In this document: positions 1-10,041 of the stretch, piece by piece | Numbering within the stretch: position 1 is the first letter of the stretch | Layout of the letters: every line of letters begins with the position of its first letter | Assembly: GCA_001940895.1 (NCBI GenBank) | Contig: MSGY01000015.1 | Location: 85,332-149,331, forward strand | DNA from: Christensenellaceae bacterium Phil10 | GTDB lineage: Bacteria; Bacillota; Clostridia; Christensenellales; CAG-917 | Length of the DNA stretch: 64,000 bases | Direction of reading: 5' to 3' | Program-made: the position numbers and the translations under genes | Notes under the pieces: generated by a model | Told to the model about the DNA's origin: nothing | What the model saw: only the letters and a program-made list of their open reading frames with translations | Databases searched by the model: none

Positions 1-1
1 C

Positions 2-577
2 CAGACGTTGTTTTATCAGGTGCTTACGATTTCGGTTGCGAATACCGTCGAATATAACGAATACACAACGGGTCTCAGAGACGAAGGCGTAATATTTGCG
101 TGCCGTCCCTTTACGACCAAACTCGGCAGTGCAATCTGTGTCGGTATTACTTCTGCCACGCTTATGATACTCGGCGTAAACAACGTAACGAAAAAGATTG
201 CCGAACAGGAAAACCTCATGAATATGGGTATAACCGCAAGCGAGGAAATCAAACTTGCGAAAATCAACGAAATAATAGCGGGCGTAAGTCCGAGCGTTCC
301 GCAATGGCTTATCGTTGCGATGACGGTGCTTCCGCAGCTGATACTTGCGGTAAGCTTTATCGTTTATTTTAAGAAATACAACATCAGCGAGGAGCGTTAC
401 GACGAAATCTGCGCCGAAATAGCAAAGCGTAAACTTGCGGCGGAAGTCGTGGAAGAAAGTCTTACGGACGGTTCCGCGGACGTTGCGGAGCTCAACGCCG
501 ACGTTTCTTCCTCAGACGCGGTAACGCTTGCGGACGAGTTGGAAAAAGAAGTTGCTTCCGACGAGGGAAAGGCCTGA
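2..577 (+). CDS. GPH/MFS-type glycoside:cation symporter, C-terminal fragment (5' end outside window)
   Basis: The frame is open to the window edge. The sequence is TM-rich, and 'NTVEYNEYTTGLRDEGVIFACRPFTTKLGSA' resembles the MelB/GusB family. It ends in an acidic tail. Confidence 0.55.
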   Translation, partial: QTLFYQVLTISVANTVEYNEYTTGLRDEGVIFACRPFTTKLGSAICVGITSATLMILGVNNVTKKIAEQENLMNMGITASEEIKLAKINEIIAGVSPSVPQWLIVAMTVLPQLILAVSFIVYFKKYNISEERYDEICAEIAKRKLAAEVVEESLTDGSADVAELNADVSSSDAVTLADELEKEVASDEGKA

Positions 578-600
578 AACGGCCGTACAAACGTATAAAT

Positions 601-1032
601 ATGATTATCGCGGTTATTCTGGGAAACAGAATGAATAACGACGGCACGTTGTCCGACCTTGCAAAAAAAAGACTGGACCTTGCCGAAAAGTTATATAAAG
701 AAATCTCGCTCGATAGAATAATTCTTTCGGGCGGGCTTGCAAATCCGAAAGCGGGTATTGCCGAGGCGAAAGCGATGTACGAGGAACTTATGAGACGCGG
801 AAATATCCCCGCGGAGTCGATAATCCTCGAAGACAAGTCGCTTACGACGGGGGAAAACGCGAAGTTTTCCGTGCCGATTGCGTTGAAATTCTCCCCGGAA
901 AAAATTATTGTATCCACAACGAGGGAGCACGCAAAACGTCCGTACCTCAATCCTCTCAGGCTTTTCAGGAGAGAAGTGAAGAGAAACGGTTCGGGCGTAC
1001 CCGTAGAAATTTATACTAACGGAAAGGAATAA
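601..1032 (+). CDS. YdcF/DUF218 (SanA/ElyC-like) family protein
   Basis: 143 aa. 'IIAVILGNRMNNDG...RIILSGGLANP...AEAKAMYEELMRRGNIPAESIILEDKSLTTGENAKF' fits the DUF218 core pattern. Confidence 0.6.
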   Translation: MIIAVILGNRMNNDGTLSDLAKKRLDLAEKLYKEISLDRIILSGGLANPKAGIAEAKAMYEELMRRGNIPAESIILEDKSLTTGENAKFSVPIALKFSPEKIIVSTTREHAKRPYLNPLRLFRREVKRNGSGVPVEIYTNGKE

Positions 1033-1067
1033 TATTTTATCGTCTGAAGGACGAAGGAGTTTTATAT

Positions 1068-2477
1068 ATGGCGGATTCTAGATGCGACGTCCTCATTATC
1101 GGAGCGGGGCCGTCGGGTATTTTCACGGCTCTCGAACTTATCAGAGAGAACAGCAACAAGACGATAACCATCGTCGAGCAGGGCAAAAACATCGACAGAC
1201 GTTCGTGTCCCAAAAACAAAACGGGAAAATGCGTCAACTGTAAACCTTATTGCAATATCACGACGGGTTTTTCGGGCGCGGGCGCGTTTTCCGACGGTAA
1301 ACTTTCGTTGTCGCCCGAGGTCGGCGGCGATTTGCCCGAACTTATCGGTTACGATAAAGTACAGGAACTTATCGATTACACCGACGGAATATATCTCGAT
1401 TTCGGCGCGGATAAAAAAATCGAGGGAGCGGACAGCGAAGACGAAAAAGTCAAGGAAATTCGTCGTCGCGCCATTTCCGCGGGATTGAAACTCGTGGACT
1501 GCCCCATTCGCCACCTCGGCACCGAAAAAGCGCACGAGGTATATTCGCGCATCGAAAAATACCTTTCGGATAACGGCGTGAATCTTCTGTTCGATACGTC
1601 TGCGGGCGACCTTATTATCGAAGACGGCGTTTGCCGCGGCGCGAATTTCATAAACAACAAAACCGGGGAAGAGTTTGTCATAACGGCCGAAAAGACCGTT
1701 GTGGCGGTCGGACGCGTCGGCGCGGACTGGCTGGACGATTTGTGCAGAAGATACGGCATTAAAAGAAGAGCGGGCGTCGTCGATATAGGCGTCAGGGTCG
1801 AGTGCCGAAACGAGGTTATGGAGGAAGTCAACGACGTTTTGTACGAAAGCAAACTCATCGGTTACGTTCCCCCTTATAACGACAAAGTGCGCACGTTCTG
1901 TCAGAATCCCGGCGGATTTGTGGCGCAGGAAAATTACGAGGGCGGCCTCGCGGTTGTAAACGGACACAGTTTCAAGGATAAGAAATCCAAAAACACCAAC
2001 GTCGCGATTTTATCGTCGCACCATTTCCGCGTACCTTTCGACAGGCCCATCGAGTATGCGAGAAAGGTCGGCGAACTGACGAATATGTTGGGCAACGGGC
2101 AGATTCTCGTTCAGCGTTTCGGCGACATTCTGGAGGGAAAACGCACCTGGGAAAAAGAACTGATGCGCAGTAACGTCCGTCCCACCCTTCCCGACGCGGT
2201 TGCCGGCGATATCACGGCCGGAATGCCTTACAGACCCATGTCGAACATCATAGGATTTATCAAAGCCGTCGACAAAGTCGTTCCGGGTTTTGCGGGAAAG
2301 GAAACGCTTTTATACAGCCCCGAAATAAAGTTTTACAGCAACAAGGTGGAAATCGACGAGAATTTCCAAACGAGCGTGAAGAATCTTTATACCCTCGGCG
2401 ACGGCTCGGGCTGGACGAGAGGTCTTATGCAGGCGTCGCTTATGGGCGTGCTTACGGCAAGAAATATGTTCAGATAA
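1068..2477 (+). CDS. FAD-dependent oxidoreductase (COG2509-like uncharacterised FAD-dependent dehydrogenase)
   Basis: 469 aa. It has the dinucleotide-binding motif 'DVLIIGAGPSGIFTALEL', the Cys cluster 'CPKNKTGKCVNCKPYC' and the C-terminal 'LYTLGDGSGWTRGLMQA'. An RBS 'aaggag' lies upstream. Confidence 0.7.
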   Translation: MADSRCDVLIIGAGPSGIFTALELIRENSNKTITIVEQGKNIDRRSCPKNKTGKCVNCKPYCNITTGFSGAGAFSDGKLSLSPEVGGDLPELIGYDKVQELIDYTDGIYLDFGADKKIEGADSEDEKVKEIRRRAISAGLKLVDCPIRHLGTEKAHEVYSRIEKYLSDNGVNLLFDTSAGDLIIEDGVCRGANFINNKTGEEFVITAEKTVVAVGRVGADWLDDLCRRYGIKRRAGVVDIGVRVECRNEVMEEVNDVLYESKLIGYVPPYNDKVRTFCQNPGGFVAQENYEGGLAVVNGHSFKDKKSKNTNVAILSSHHFRVPFDRPIEYARKVGELTNMLGNGQILVQRFGDILEGKRTWEKELMRSNVRPTLPDAVAGDITAGMPYRPMSNIIGFIKAVDKVVPGFAGKETLLYSPEIKFYSNKVEIDENFQTSVKNLYTLGDGSGWTRGLMQASLMGVLTARNMFR

Positions 2478-2497
2478 ACCACTTTTGATACAATTAA

Positions 2498-2527
2498 AAC
2501 GCGCCCCGTAAGGGACGCGTTATTTTT
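2498..2527. terminator. Bidirectional rho-independent terminator between convergent genes
   Basis: Hairpin aacgcgcccc-gtaa-gggacgcgtt with one mismatch, flanked by an A-run upstream and 'atttttat' downstream. Confidence 0.7.
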
Positions 2528-2534
2528 ATGTCCG

Positions 2535-3035
2535 TTAAAATTTTTCGGGAGACGAATTCTTATAAGTGCAAAACGTCAATTCGTATCCGCCGTCGCATAC
2601 GACGTCGCTTTCGTCAATTAGATTCCAGTTGTCAAGCGTGTCGAGATTTTCGAAAAATACCTGAGCCTGTCCGTCTGCGCGTACTTTCGTAATATAAGCG
2701 GTATCGCAATAGGGCAGCATGGTTTTGTAAAACATGGCGCCGCCGATAATAAACACGTCGTCCGTGTCGAAGCGCGACAGCGTTTCAAAAAGTTCCTTAA
2801 GACTTTTTACCACTATGCAGTCGTCGCGCGTATCGCCGTCCGGCCACAAAACGACGTTCGTGCGGTTTTTAAGAGGTTTTCCGCCGGGGAAACTTTTTAA
2901 AGTATTGCTTCCCATAACAACGATTTTCCCCGTCGTTTTTTCTCTGAAATAGCGCATGTCTTCGGGCAGATGAAAAAGCAGGTCGTTGTTTTTTCCTATT
3001 CCCCATTTCTCGTCTACGGCAACTATCGTCTTCAT
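2535..3035 (-). CDS. folA: Dihydrofolate reductase
   Basis: 166 aa. 'IVAVDEKWGIGKNNDLLFHLPEDMRYFREKTTGKIVVMGSNTLKS' is a classic DHFR N-terminus. Its start shares one nucleotide with the thyA stop (TGATG). Confidence 0.9.
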   Translation of the reverse strand: MKTIVAVDEKWGIGKNNDLLFHLPEDMRYFREKTTGKIVVMGSNTLKSFPGGKPLKNRTNVVLWPDGDTRDDCIVVKSLKELFETLSRFDTDDVFIIGGAMFYKTMLPYCDTAYITKVRADGQAQVFFENLDTLDNWNLIDESDVVCDGGYELTFCTYKNSSPEKF

Positions 3036-3865
3036 CAGATTGCCACCTCGATTTTTTTGTCAAGATTATTGTATTGATAGTTTTCCAGTTCGAAATCGTC
3101 AACCGTGAAATCGTAAAAGTTCTTAATATCGGGGTTTATCTTGAATTTCGGTGCGTCAAACTGCGGATTTTGTATTATTTCCTTAACGATTGGAACGTGT
3201 CGGTCATAAATGTGAGCGTCTGCTATGACGTGTACGAGCTCGCCTGCGCGAAGTCCCGATACCTGCGCGAACATATGCAATAAAACCGCATATTGCACCA
3301 CGTTCCAGTTGTTTGCCGTAAGAGTGTCCTGACTGCGCTGATTGAGAATCCCGTTCAGCGTATCGCCCGATACGTTGAATGTCATACTGTATGCGCAAGG
3401 GTACAGATTCATTTCGTGCAAATCGTCGAAATTATATATGTTGGTTAAAATTCTGCGGCTTTGCGGATTGTGTTTCAGGTCGTACAACACGCGGTCGACC
3501 TGATCGAATTCGCCTTCTTTATAAACCGATTTTTTGGCAAGCTGATAGCCGTATGCTTTTCCGATGCTTCCGTTCTCGTCCGCCCAGCTGTCCCATATTC
3601 TGCTTTTCAGGTCGCGGACGTTATTGGACTTTTTCTGCCATATCCAGAGAATCTCGTCGATTGCCGATTTGAAATACGTCTTCCGCAACGTGAGAATGGG
3701 AAATTCTTTTTGCAGGTCGTAACGGTTGACGATGCAGAATTTTTTTACGGTATGCGCGGGCGTACCGTCGGCCCAGTGGGGGCGCACTTCTTTATCGGTG
3801 TCCCACACGCCGTTTGTCAGAATATCGTTTACGTTTTCAATAAAAACCTTATCGGCATAACTCAT
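3035..3865 (-). CDS. thyA: Thymidylate synthase (ThyA type)
   Basis: 276 aa. Motifs 'FPILTLRKTYFKSAIDEILWIW', 'LYPCAYSMTF' (catalytic Cys context) and 'NQRSQDTL'. It is translationally coupled to folA. Confidence 0.9.
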   Translation of the reverse strand: MSYADKVFIENVNDILTNGVWDTDKEVRPHWADGTPAHTVKKFCIVNRYDLQKEFPILTLRKTYFKSAIDEILWIWQKKSNNVRDLKSRIWDSWADENGSIGKAYGYQLAKKSVYKEGEFDQVDRVLYDLKHNPQSRRILTNIYNFDDLHEMNLYPCAYSMTFNVSGDTLNGILNQRSQDTLTANNWNVVQYAVLLHMFAQVSGLRAGELVHVIADAHIYDRHVPIVKEIIQNPQFDAPKFKINPDIKNFYDFTVDDFELENYQYNNLDKKIEVAI

Positions 3866-3978
3866 ATAAGCACCTCGTCGTTTGTATGATTATAGCATAA
3901 GGATTTTTTAAAATCAACGAGAACATCCTTTAAAATTCAACCGTTTTACACATATTTTCGAAATATTCGATTATTCGT

Positions 3979-4008
3979 TTGACATGGCTTTTATTTACTT
4001 GTTATGAT
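3979..4008 (+). promoter_or_regulatory. SigmaA-type promoter for the 4038 gene
   Basis: -35 TTGACA (3979-3984), an 18-nt spacer, and an extended -10 TGtTATGAT (4000-4008). Confidence 0.55.
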
Positions 4009-4037
4009 ATTTTTATTAGGTGACACAAGGAGAAATT

Positions 4038-4751
4038 ATGAAAAAACTTTCTGCAAGAGACAGGAAACTTTGTTTCGGCATCGGCGTTTCGTGCCTGATA
4101 ATGGTATTCGGTATACTTTTTCTCGTAAACGCTATGGGTGTCGCTTCGTTTTATCCGCATTATGCGGCAATCGTAAATCCGCTTGCAAAATATCTTGTGG
4201 TAATCGCAACTATGGCGACGGGAATTATGTTATTCTCTAACGTAGCGCTCCGTTTCGAGGACGATAAACTGAGAAAAAGACTTACGATATTTATTACCGC
4301 TTTTGCATTTATTCTTACAATCCCGCTTACTTACGTTCTGATTGCCATGCTTCCTTTCCATGCAAAGTATAATATGGCGGACGTCGAGGCGGCAATCGAA
4401 AGCGCGCGCCTTGCGCATCCCGAATATACTACCGCGCAGGTCAACGAGGCCGCGGGCAAAGCGCTCGGGCTTTCGGGTTTCGGCAATATCATGGGCGTAC
4501 ATACCATCTACGAAGGCTTCGAAATGTGGTTTAAAGACGGTGCGTTCATCTGGGTGGTGTTCGTATTTATGGCGATTCTCGGCGTCGTATTTCTGGTGGA
4601 ACCGCTTGCCGCCGGCATCTGCGTCGTTAAAGGGAAAATACTTTTACTCTTTACGAAAGACGAAAACGGCAAATTCAGAATTTTCAGAGTCGCCGAGTTG
4701 CCCGTACTGAAAAAACGCCGCGAAAACGAGCTTTACGAACGTGCGGCATAA
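4038..4751 (+). CDS. Polytopic membrane protein, unknown function
   Basis: I chose ATG 4038, preceded by 'aaggag', over the GTG at 4020 in the ORF track. It has several hydrophobic helices and a basic C-terminus. I recognise no family motif. Confidence 0.55.
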   Translation: MKKLSARDRKLCFGIGVSCLIMVFGILFLVNAMGVASFYPHYAAIVNPLAKYLVVIATMATGIMLFSNVALRFEDDKLRKRLTIFITAFAFILTIPLTYVLIAMLPFHAKYNMADVEAAIESARLAHPEYTTAQVNEAAGKALGLSGFGNIMGVHTIYEGFEMWFKDGAFIWVVFVFMAILGVVFLVEPLAAGICVVKGKILLLFTKDENGKFRIFRVAELPVLKKRRENELYERAA

Positions 4752-4770
4752 GTAATTTTTTAATATTTCC

Positions 4771-4799
4771 GACGCCCCTCGGGGGCGTCTTTTTTTTTG
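4771..4799 (+). terminator. Rho-independent terminator
   Basis: gacgcccc-tcg-ggggcgtc hairpin followed by T9. Confidence 0.85.
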
Positions 4800-5210
4800 T
4801 TTTTTTCACCTTTTTTTTCAAGTTTAATTAGTATGAAGTGAAGGGGGCTGCGACGCGTCGCAGACACTGTCCGGGCGGGCGTTGACGTGCCTGTTCGGGC
4901 GCGCTTTTCGAAAAGGCTTGCCGCAATAAATAAAGTATCGGATTTGTAAGATAATAATCAGGTAATAAAAAATGGAAAGCATTGTCTATTTTGGCAAAAA
5001 ATGGATTTAATAAATCAAAATACAACGGTTAAGTATCGTTTCGGGCAGATATTTAAATCCGTATTTTTGCTTTACGACATTACGGACAAGTGCGGGCGAT
5101 ACGCGGACAAGTCGCAACGAGAGATTAAGACGGGTTTAATGCATTGTGCGAATAGTGTCGAACAATGTCGAAATATTAATAATATTTACAAAACCTTTAC
5201 ACGGGTTTAA

Positions 5211-5240
5211 TTGTCTTCGCGTATGGCGAAAGGATATAAT
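5211..5240 (+). promoter_or_regulatory. Candidate promoter of the glutamate-fermentation operon
   Basis: -35 TTGTCT (5211-5216), an 18-nt spacer, -10 TATAAT (5235-5240). The -35 overlaps the second copy of an 11-nt direct repeat. Confidence 0.35.
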
Positions 5241-5330
5241 CAAAATAGATAAATGCGCAAAGCGATTGCGCTAAAAGAAAAACGCGGAAAACCCCGCCAG
5301 CGTATGCAAAGGAGATTGTAGCAAAAGATT

Positions 5331-5735
5331 ATGAAAACAATTGTAATTGGTGTAATCGGCGCTGATGTTCACGCCGTAGGCAACAAAATTATCGATTACG
5401 TTTTGAAAAGCCACGGTTATAACGTTGTTAACATCGGCGTTTTGTCATCACAGGAAGACTTTATCAACGCGGCTATCGAGACAAACGCCGATATGATACT
5501 CGTTTCCTCGTTATACGGTCAGGGAGAGATTGACTGCCGCGGTATGCGTGAAAAATGTATCGAAGCGGGTATCGGCGATATTCCTCTTCTCGTAGGCGGA
5601 AACATTGTAGTAGGCAAACAGAATTTCGACGAAGTACGCGAGCGTTTCTACAAGATGGGATTCAACAAGGTATACGCGCCCGGCACGCCTATCGAAGCAA
5701 CGCTTCCCGACATTAAGGAGATATTGGGAGAATAA
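5331..5735 (+). CDS. glmS: Glutamate mutase (methylaspartate mutase) small subunit S, B12-binding
   Basis: 134 aa. It carries the DxHxxG cobalamin motif '[11 protein letters not shown]', and its size matches MutS/GlmS. Confidence 0.9.
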   Translation: MKTIVIGVIGADVHAVGNKIIDYVLKSHGYNVVNIGVLSSQEDFINAAIETNADMILVSSLYGQGEIDCRGMREKCIEAGIGDIPLLVGGNIVVGKQNFDEVRERFYKMGFNKVYAPGTPIEATLPDIKEILGE

Positions 5736-5739
5736 CACT

Positions 5740-7209
5740 ATGAGTCGCTATCTAATGATTGATTTCGGTTCCACTTTCACAAAGCTTACCGCTGTGGATA
5801 CCGAGAAGGAAGATATCATAGCAACAGCAAGCCATTTTACCACGGTTGACACCGATATCAACATCGGTTACGAAAACGCGCTGAAAGACCTGTATGCAAA
5901 GATTGGCGGCGAAATCGAATTCGATAAAAAAATTGCATGTTCCTCCGCAGCCGGGGGATTGAAGATGTGCGCGATAGGTCTTGTGGACGAAATGACGTTG
6001 CAGGCCGCAAAGATGGTTTGTCTCAGCGCGGGGGCGAAAGTCGAGCTGTCTTTTTCACATCACCTTACCAACAAAAATATCGAAGAAATCATCAGAAAGA
6101 AAATCGATATCATAATTCTCACGGGAGGCACCGACGGCGGTAATACCGAATGCGTGCTTTTCAATCAGAGAAAACTTGCCGAAAGCGGCATAAAAATCCC
6201 CATTATTTATGCGGGCGACAAAGACTGTCAGGACGAAATCATCGCGATACGCGACGAGTACGGTATGAACGAATATATCTGCGATAACGTAATGCCTCGT
6301 CTCAACGCGCTCAATCTTACCAGCTCGCAGGAAAAAATAAGGGAAGTGTTCCTTAAAAACATCATCGAGGCAAAGGGCATCAAAAAAATCGAGAAAGAAA
6401 TCGATAAAGTAATGTTGCCCACTCCCGAATCGGTATTGAGAGCCGCAGACCTTCTTTCGGAGGGTTATATGCACGAGAGAGGACTCGGCGAAATCGTACT
6501 TGTCGATATCGGCGGAGCCACAACGGATATGTATTCGATGTGTTCGGCCTCGGCAAAGCGAAGCGACGTAATCATTAAGGGACTTGAGGAACCTTATGCC
6601 AAACGTACGGTCGAGGGCGACCTCGGAATGCGGTATTCGGCGCTCGGCGTTCTCGAATCGCTTACCGAAGAGGAAATCAAAATGATAAATCTCGACGAAG
6701 GCGTCGACCTTAAAAAGGAACTCGAATACCGTCACGAGCACGTCGATACCATCCCGAATAACGAGCACGAAGTTCTTATCGACAGAATAATGGGCCGTAT
6801 CTGCGTGGATAAAGCGATGAGCCGCCACGTCGGAAAAATGCAGGAACTCTATACTCCCATGGGAATGGTGTACAACCAGTACGGCAAGGATCTGAGTCAG
6901 GTTCGTTACGTAATCGGTACGGGCGGCGTTCTCGTCAAAAACGAGAATCCTTACGAGATTCTGAAAGCGGCGAAATATACGCCAAGAAAACCTATGGAGC
7001 TGCGCCCCGTCAATCCGCAGTTTATGCTGGACGCCGATTATATTCTCGCGGCAATGGGATTGCTCAGTGAATACGATCCGCTGCTCGCACTCAAAATAAT
7101 GAAGAAACACATCAAACCCATCGACGTTCCCTCCGAGAAGGAACAGGTTAAAAGGGAAACGAAATTCGTTCCGATAACCGACGACCGTTGCGGATGCGGA
7201 GCGAGATAA
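5740..7209 (+). CDS. glmL: Glutamate mutase accessory/reactivating protein GlmL (MutL)
   Basis: 489 aa. It has an ASKHA-like N-terminus 'LMIDFGSTFTKLTAVD' and a second phosphate motif 'VLVDIGGATTDMY'. It sits between the S and E subunits, as in clostridial glm operons. Confidence 0.85.
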   Translation: MSRYLMIDFGSTFTKLTAVDTEKEDIIATASHFTTVDTDINIGYENALKDLYAKIGGEIEFDKKIACSSAAGGLKMCAIGLVDEMTLQAAKMVCLSAGAKVELSFSHHLTNKNIEEIIRKKIDIIILTGGTDGGNTECVLFNQRKLAESGIKIPIIYAGDKDCQDEIIAIRDEYGMNEYICDNVMPRLNALNLTSSQEKIREVFLKNIIEAKGIKKIEKEIDKVMLPTPESVLRAADLLSEGYMHERGLGEIVLVDIGGATTDMYSMCSASAKRSDVIIKGLEEPYAKRTVEGDLGMRYSALGVLESLTEEEIKMINLDEGVDLKKELEYRHEHVDTIPNNEHEVLIDRIMGRICVDKAMSRHVGKMQELYTPMGMVYNQYGKDLSQVRYVIGTGGVLVKNENPYEILKAAKYTPRKPMELRPVNPQFMLDADYILAAMGLLSEYDPLLALKIMKKHIKPIDVPSEKEQVKRETKFVPITDDRCGCGAR

Positions 7210-7265
7210 CAAAAAACTAAAAAACAAAGATTTTAATAAATCGATAAAAGTAAAGGTATAAGAAA

Positions 7266-8729
7266 ATGATCAGAAACAAGAAGTTAACAGAAGAAGAATT
7301 TCTCGCCGAGCGCAAAGAAGTGCTTGCAAGCTGGAAAACGGGCAACGACCCTCAGCTGAATTTCGACGAGGCAATCAAGTATCTGCAATCCGTCCCCCCC
7401 GAGAAGAACTTTGCCGTTAAACTTGCAAAGGCGAAAGAGGAAGGATCCCGTACGTTGGTGCAACCGCGCGCGGGCGTTCCCGTAATCGAAAAGCACATCG
7501 AGCTTTTGCAATATCTCGAAAAAAGCGGCGCGGATTTCCTTCCTTCCACAATCGACAGCTATACCCGTCAGAATCGTTATAACGAAGCCGAAGAAGGAAT
7601 TAAGGAAAGCGAAAAAGCCGGAAGGGCTTTGCTTAACGGATTCCCCGCCGTCAACCACGGCGTAACGGGATGTAAAAAAATTCTCGAGTCCGTCAACGTA
7701 CCTCTTCAGGCCCGTCACGGAACGCCCGATTCGAGACTTCTTGCCGAGGTCGTCGCCGCGGCAGGTTGGACCTCTAACGAAGGCGGCGGAATTTCCTATA
7801 ATATTCCTTACGCAAAAAGCGTTTCCGTCGAAGATTCTCTCAAATACTGGCAGTATTGCGACAGACTGGTAGGTTACTATGAAGAACACGGCATTCATAT
7901 CAACCGCGAACCCTTCGGACCTCTTACCGGCACGCTCGTACCTCCTTCCATTTCCAACACGGTAGGCATTATCGAGGCGTTGCTCGCTGCCGAACAGGGT
8001 GTTAAAAACATTACCGTCGGTTACGGCATGGGCGGAAATATCGTTCAGGACGTCGCGGCAGTGCGCTCTTTACAGAAACAGACCGACGCATATCTCAAAA
8101 AATTCGGATATAACGACGTTACGGTTACCACTGTATTCCATCAGTGGATGGGCGGTTTCCCTCAGGACGAAGCGGAAGCGCTCGGACTTATTGCAATGAG
8201 TTCCACGTTCGCGGCATTGTCGGGTGCGACGAAGATGATAACCAAAACTCCTCACGAGTCCGTCGGCGTACCTACGAAAGAGGCAAACGGCATCGGTATC
8301 AAAGCTTCGAAAATCGTCGTCAAACTGCTTGCCGAACAGAAGTTCCCCGATTGCGAAGCCCTTCGTAACGAAATGGCTCAGATTGAAAAAGAAGTCGACT
8401 GTCTGATGGAAGCGACTCTCAATCTCGGCGACGGTGACCTTGCGGTGGGTACGGTAAAAGCCTTCGAACAGGGAATTATCGATATTCCTTTCGCGCCTTC
8501 GAAATTCAACGCGGGTCTTATTCTCCCCGCGCGTGACAACGACGGTTGCATCCGTATCCTCGAATTCGGTCATCTCGGATTCTCGGACGAAATCAAAGCC
8601 TTCCACAAGAAAAAAATCGAGGAGCGCGCCGCGGCGGAAAACCGCGAGGTTTCGTTCCAACTTACAATCGACGACATTTACGCCGTCAGCACGGGACATA
8701 TCGTAGGACGTCCCTCTTATAAAGACTGA
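7266..8729 (+). CDS. glmE: Glutamate mutase large subunit E
   Basis: 487 aa. '[21 protein letters not shown]...[12 protein letters not shown]' is typical of methylaspartate mutase E chains. Confidence 0.9.
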   Translation: MIRNKKLTEEEFLAERKEVLASWKTGNDPQLNFDEAIKYLQSVPPEKNFAVKLAKAKEEGSRTLVQPRAGVPVIEKHIELLQYLEKSGADFLPSTIDSYTRQNRYNEAEEGIKESEKAGRALLNGFPAVNHGVTGCKKILESVNVPLQARHGTPDSRLLAEVVAAAGWTSNEGGGISYNIPYAKSVSVEDSLKYWQYCDRLVGYYEEHGIHINREPFGPLTGTLVPPSISNTVGIIEALLAAEQGVKNITVGYGMGGNIVQDVAAVRSLQKQTDAYLKKFGYNDVTVTTVFHQWMGGFPQDEAEALGLIAMSSTFAALSGATKMITKTPHESVGVPTKEANGIGIKASKIVVKLLAEQKFPDCEALRNEMAQIEKEVDCLMEATLNLGDGDLAVGTVKAFEQGIIDIPFAPSKFNAGLILPARDNDGCIRILEFGHLGFSDEIKAFHKKKIEERAAAENREVSFQLTIDDIYAVSTGHIVGRPSYKD

Positions 8730-8759
8730 TAATATTACACTAACGAGGTAATTTTAATT

Positions 8760-10019
8760 ATGAAAATTGTTGACGTTATTTTAACAAAATCGTACACCGG
8801 TTTCTATTTCGACGACCAGAGAGCAATCAAAGCGGGCGCCGGACACGATGGTTTCATGTATGTGGGTAAACCCATTACCGAAGGCTTTACGAGCATTCGT
8901 CAGGCCGGTGAAGCCATTTCCATTCAACTTGTTCTCGAGGACGGCACTATAGGCTACGGCGATTGTGCGGCGGTTCAGTATTCCGGCGCGGGCGGACGCG
9001 ACCCATTGTTCCTCGCAAGCGATTTTATTCCTTTCATAGAGAAAAATCTCGTGCCGCAACTCATCGGCGAAGACGTAAGCAAATTCCGTCCTCTTGCCGA
9101 GAAATACGACAGAATGCTTATTGACGGAAAGAGAATGCACACCGCTATCCGTTACGGTATAACCCAGGCTTTGCTCAATGCGACCGCTAACAGCAGACGT
9201 ATCACTATGGCGGAAGTTATCCGCGACGAATACGACGTCGAAAAAAGCGAATACAAGCCCGTACCCGTTTTCGCACAGTCGGGCGACGACAGATACGACA
9301 ACGCCGATAAGATGATTATGAAAGAAGCGGACGTTCTTCCTCACGCGCTTATCAATCACGTGGGAACGAAACTGGGCGAACACGGCGAAATTCTTATCAA
9401 ATACATTGCCTGGCTCAGAGACCGTATTCTCAAATATCGCGTAAACAAAGATTACGACCCCATTTTCCACATCGACGTTTACGGCACTATCGGCCTTGCT
9501 TTCAACTATGACGTAGATAAGATGTTCGAATACCTGCTCGAATGCGAAAAGACCGCGGCTCCTTTCAGAATCCGCATCGAAGGTCCTATCGACACGGGCG
9601 ACAGAGAGGGCACGATGAACTATGAGAAAATCCTTACCGAAAAACTCGATAAAGCAGGTTCCAAACTGCAAATCGTAGCGGACGAATGGTGCAATACTCT
9701 CGAGGACATCAAATATTTTGCCGATAATCACGCAGGACACGTTCTTCAGATTAAAACGCCCGACCTCGGCGGCGTAAACAACGTTGCGGAAGCAATTCTT
9801 TACTGCAACGAAAAGGGCGTCGGCAGTTACTGCGGAGGCACATGCAACGAAACAAATATTTCGGCGCAGACAACCACAAATATCGCTATCGCTTGCCGCG
9901 CGTTGCAATGCCTTGCAAAACCCGGCATGGGCGTCGACGAAGGTTTTATGATCGTCAAAAACGAGATGAACCGCGTCATAGCCGCCGCGAACAAGAGATA
10001 CTTCGCGGCCAACAAATAA
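8760..10019 (+). CDS. mal: 3-methylaspartate ammonia-lyase
   Basis: 419 aa. The N-terminus 'MKIVDVILTKSYTGFYFDDQRAIKAGAGHDGF' and the enolase-superfamily C-terminus 'LQIKTPDLGGVNN' match methylaspartase. Confidence 0.9.
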   Translation: MKIVDVILTKSYTGFYFDDQRAIKAGAGHDGFMYVGKPITEGFTSIRQAGEAISIQLVLEDGTIGYGDCAAVQYSGAGGRDPLFLASDFIPFIEKNLVPQLIGEDVSKFRPLAEKYDRMLIDGKRMHTAIRYGITQALLNATANSRRITMAEVIRDEYDVEKSEYKPVPVFAQSGDDRYDNADKMIMKEADVLPHALINHVGTKLGEHGEILIKYIAWLRDRILKYRVNKDYDPIFHIDVYGTIGLAFNYDVDKMFEYLLECEKTAAPFRIRIEGPIDTGDREGTMNYEKILTEKLDKAGSKLQIVADEWCNTLEDIKYFADNHAGHVLQIKTPDLGGVNNVAEAILYCNEKGVGSYCGGTCNETNISAQTTTNIAIACRALQCLAKPGMGVDEGFMIVKNEMNRVIAAANKRYFAANK

Positions 10020-10041
10020 TTTTTAAAAAGCAGGTTACCAG

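Noticed and set aside
4828-5210. Two small ORFs (65 aa on the - strand, 69 aa on the + strand) in the glmS upstream region
   Set aside because: They have no Shine-Dalgarno sequences, overlap each other, and show no recognisable domains. I treat the region as regulatory or non-coding instead.
4800-5330. Cobalamin riboswitch upstream of the B12-dependent glutamate mutase operon
   Set aside because: I looked for the B12-box core (GCCACTG-like) and the usual GC-rich multi-stem architecture near the start codon and did not find them. I cannot fully exclude it without a covariance-model scan.
6055-7227. Long antisense ORFs opposite glmL; the same pattern occurs at 8781-9908, 11344-12417, 22808-23806, 25129-26103, 34266-35135 and 52342-53589
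   Set aside because: All lie opposite genes with clear homology-type motifs. They lack RBSs and have Phe/Arg/Val-biased composition, typical of the reverse frame of coding DNA.
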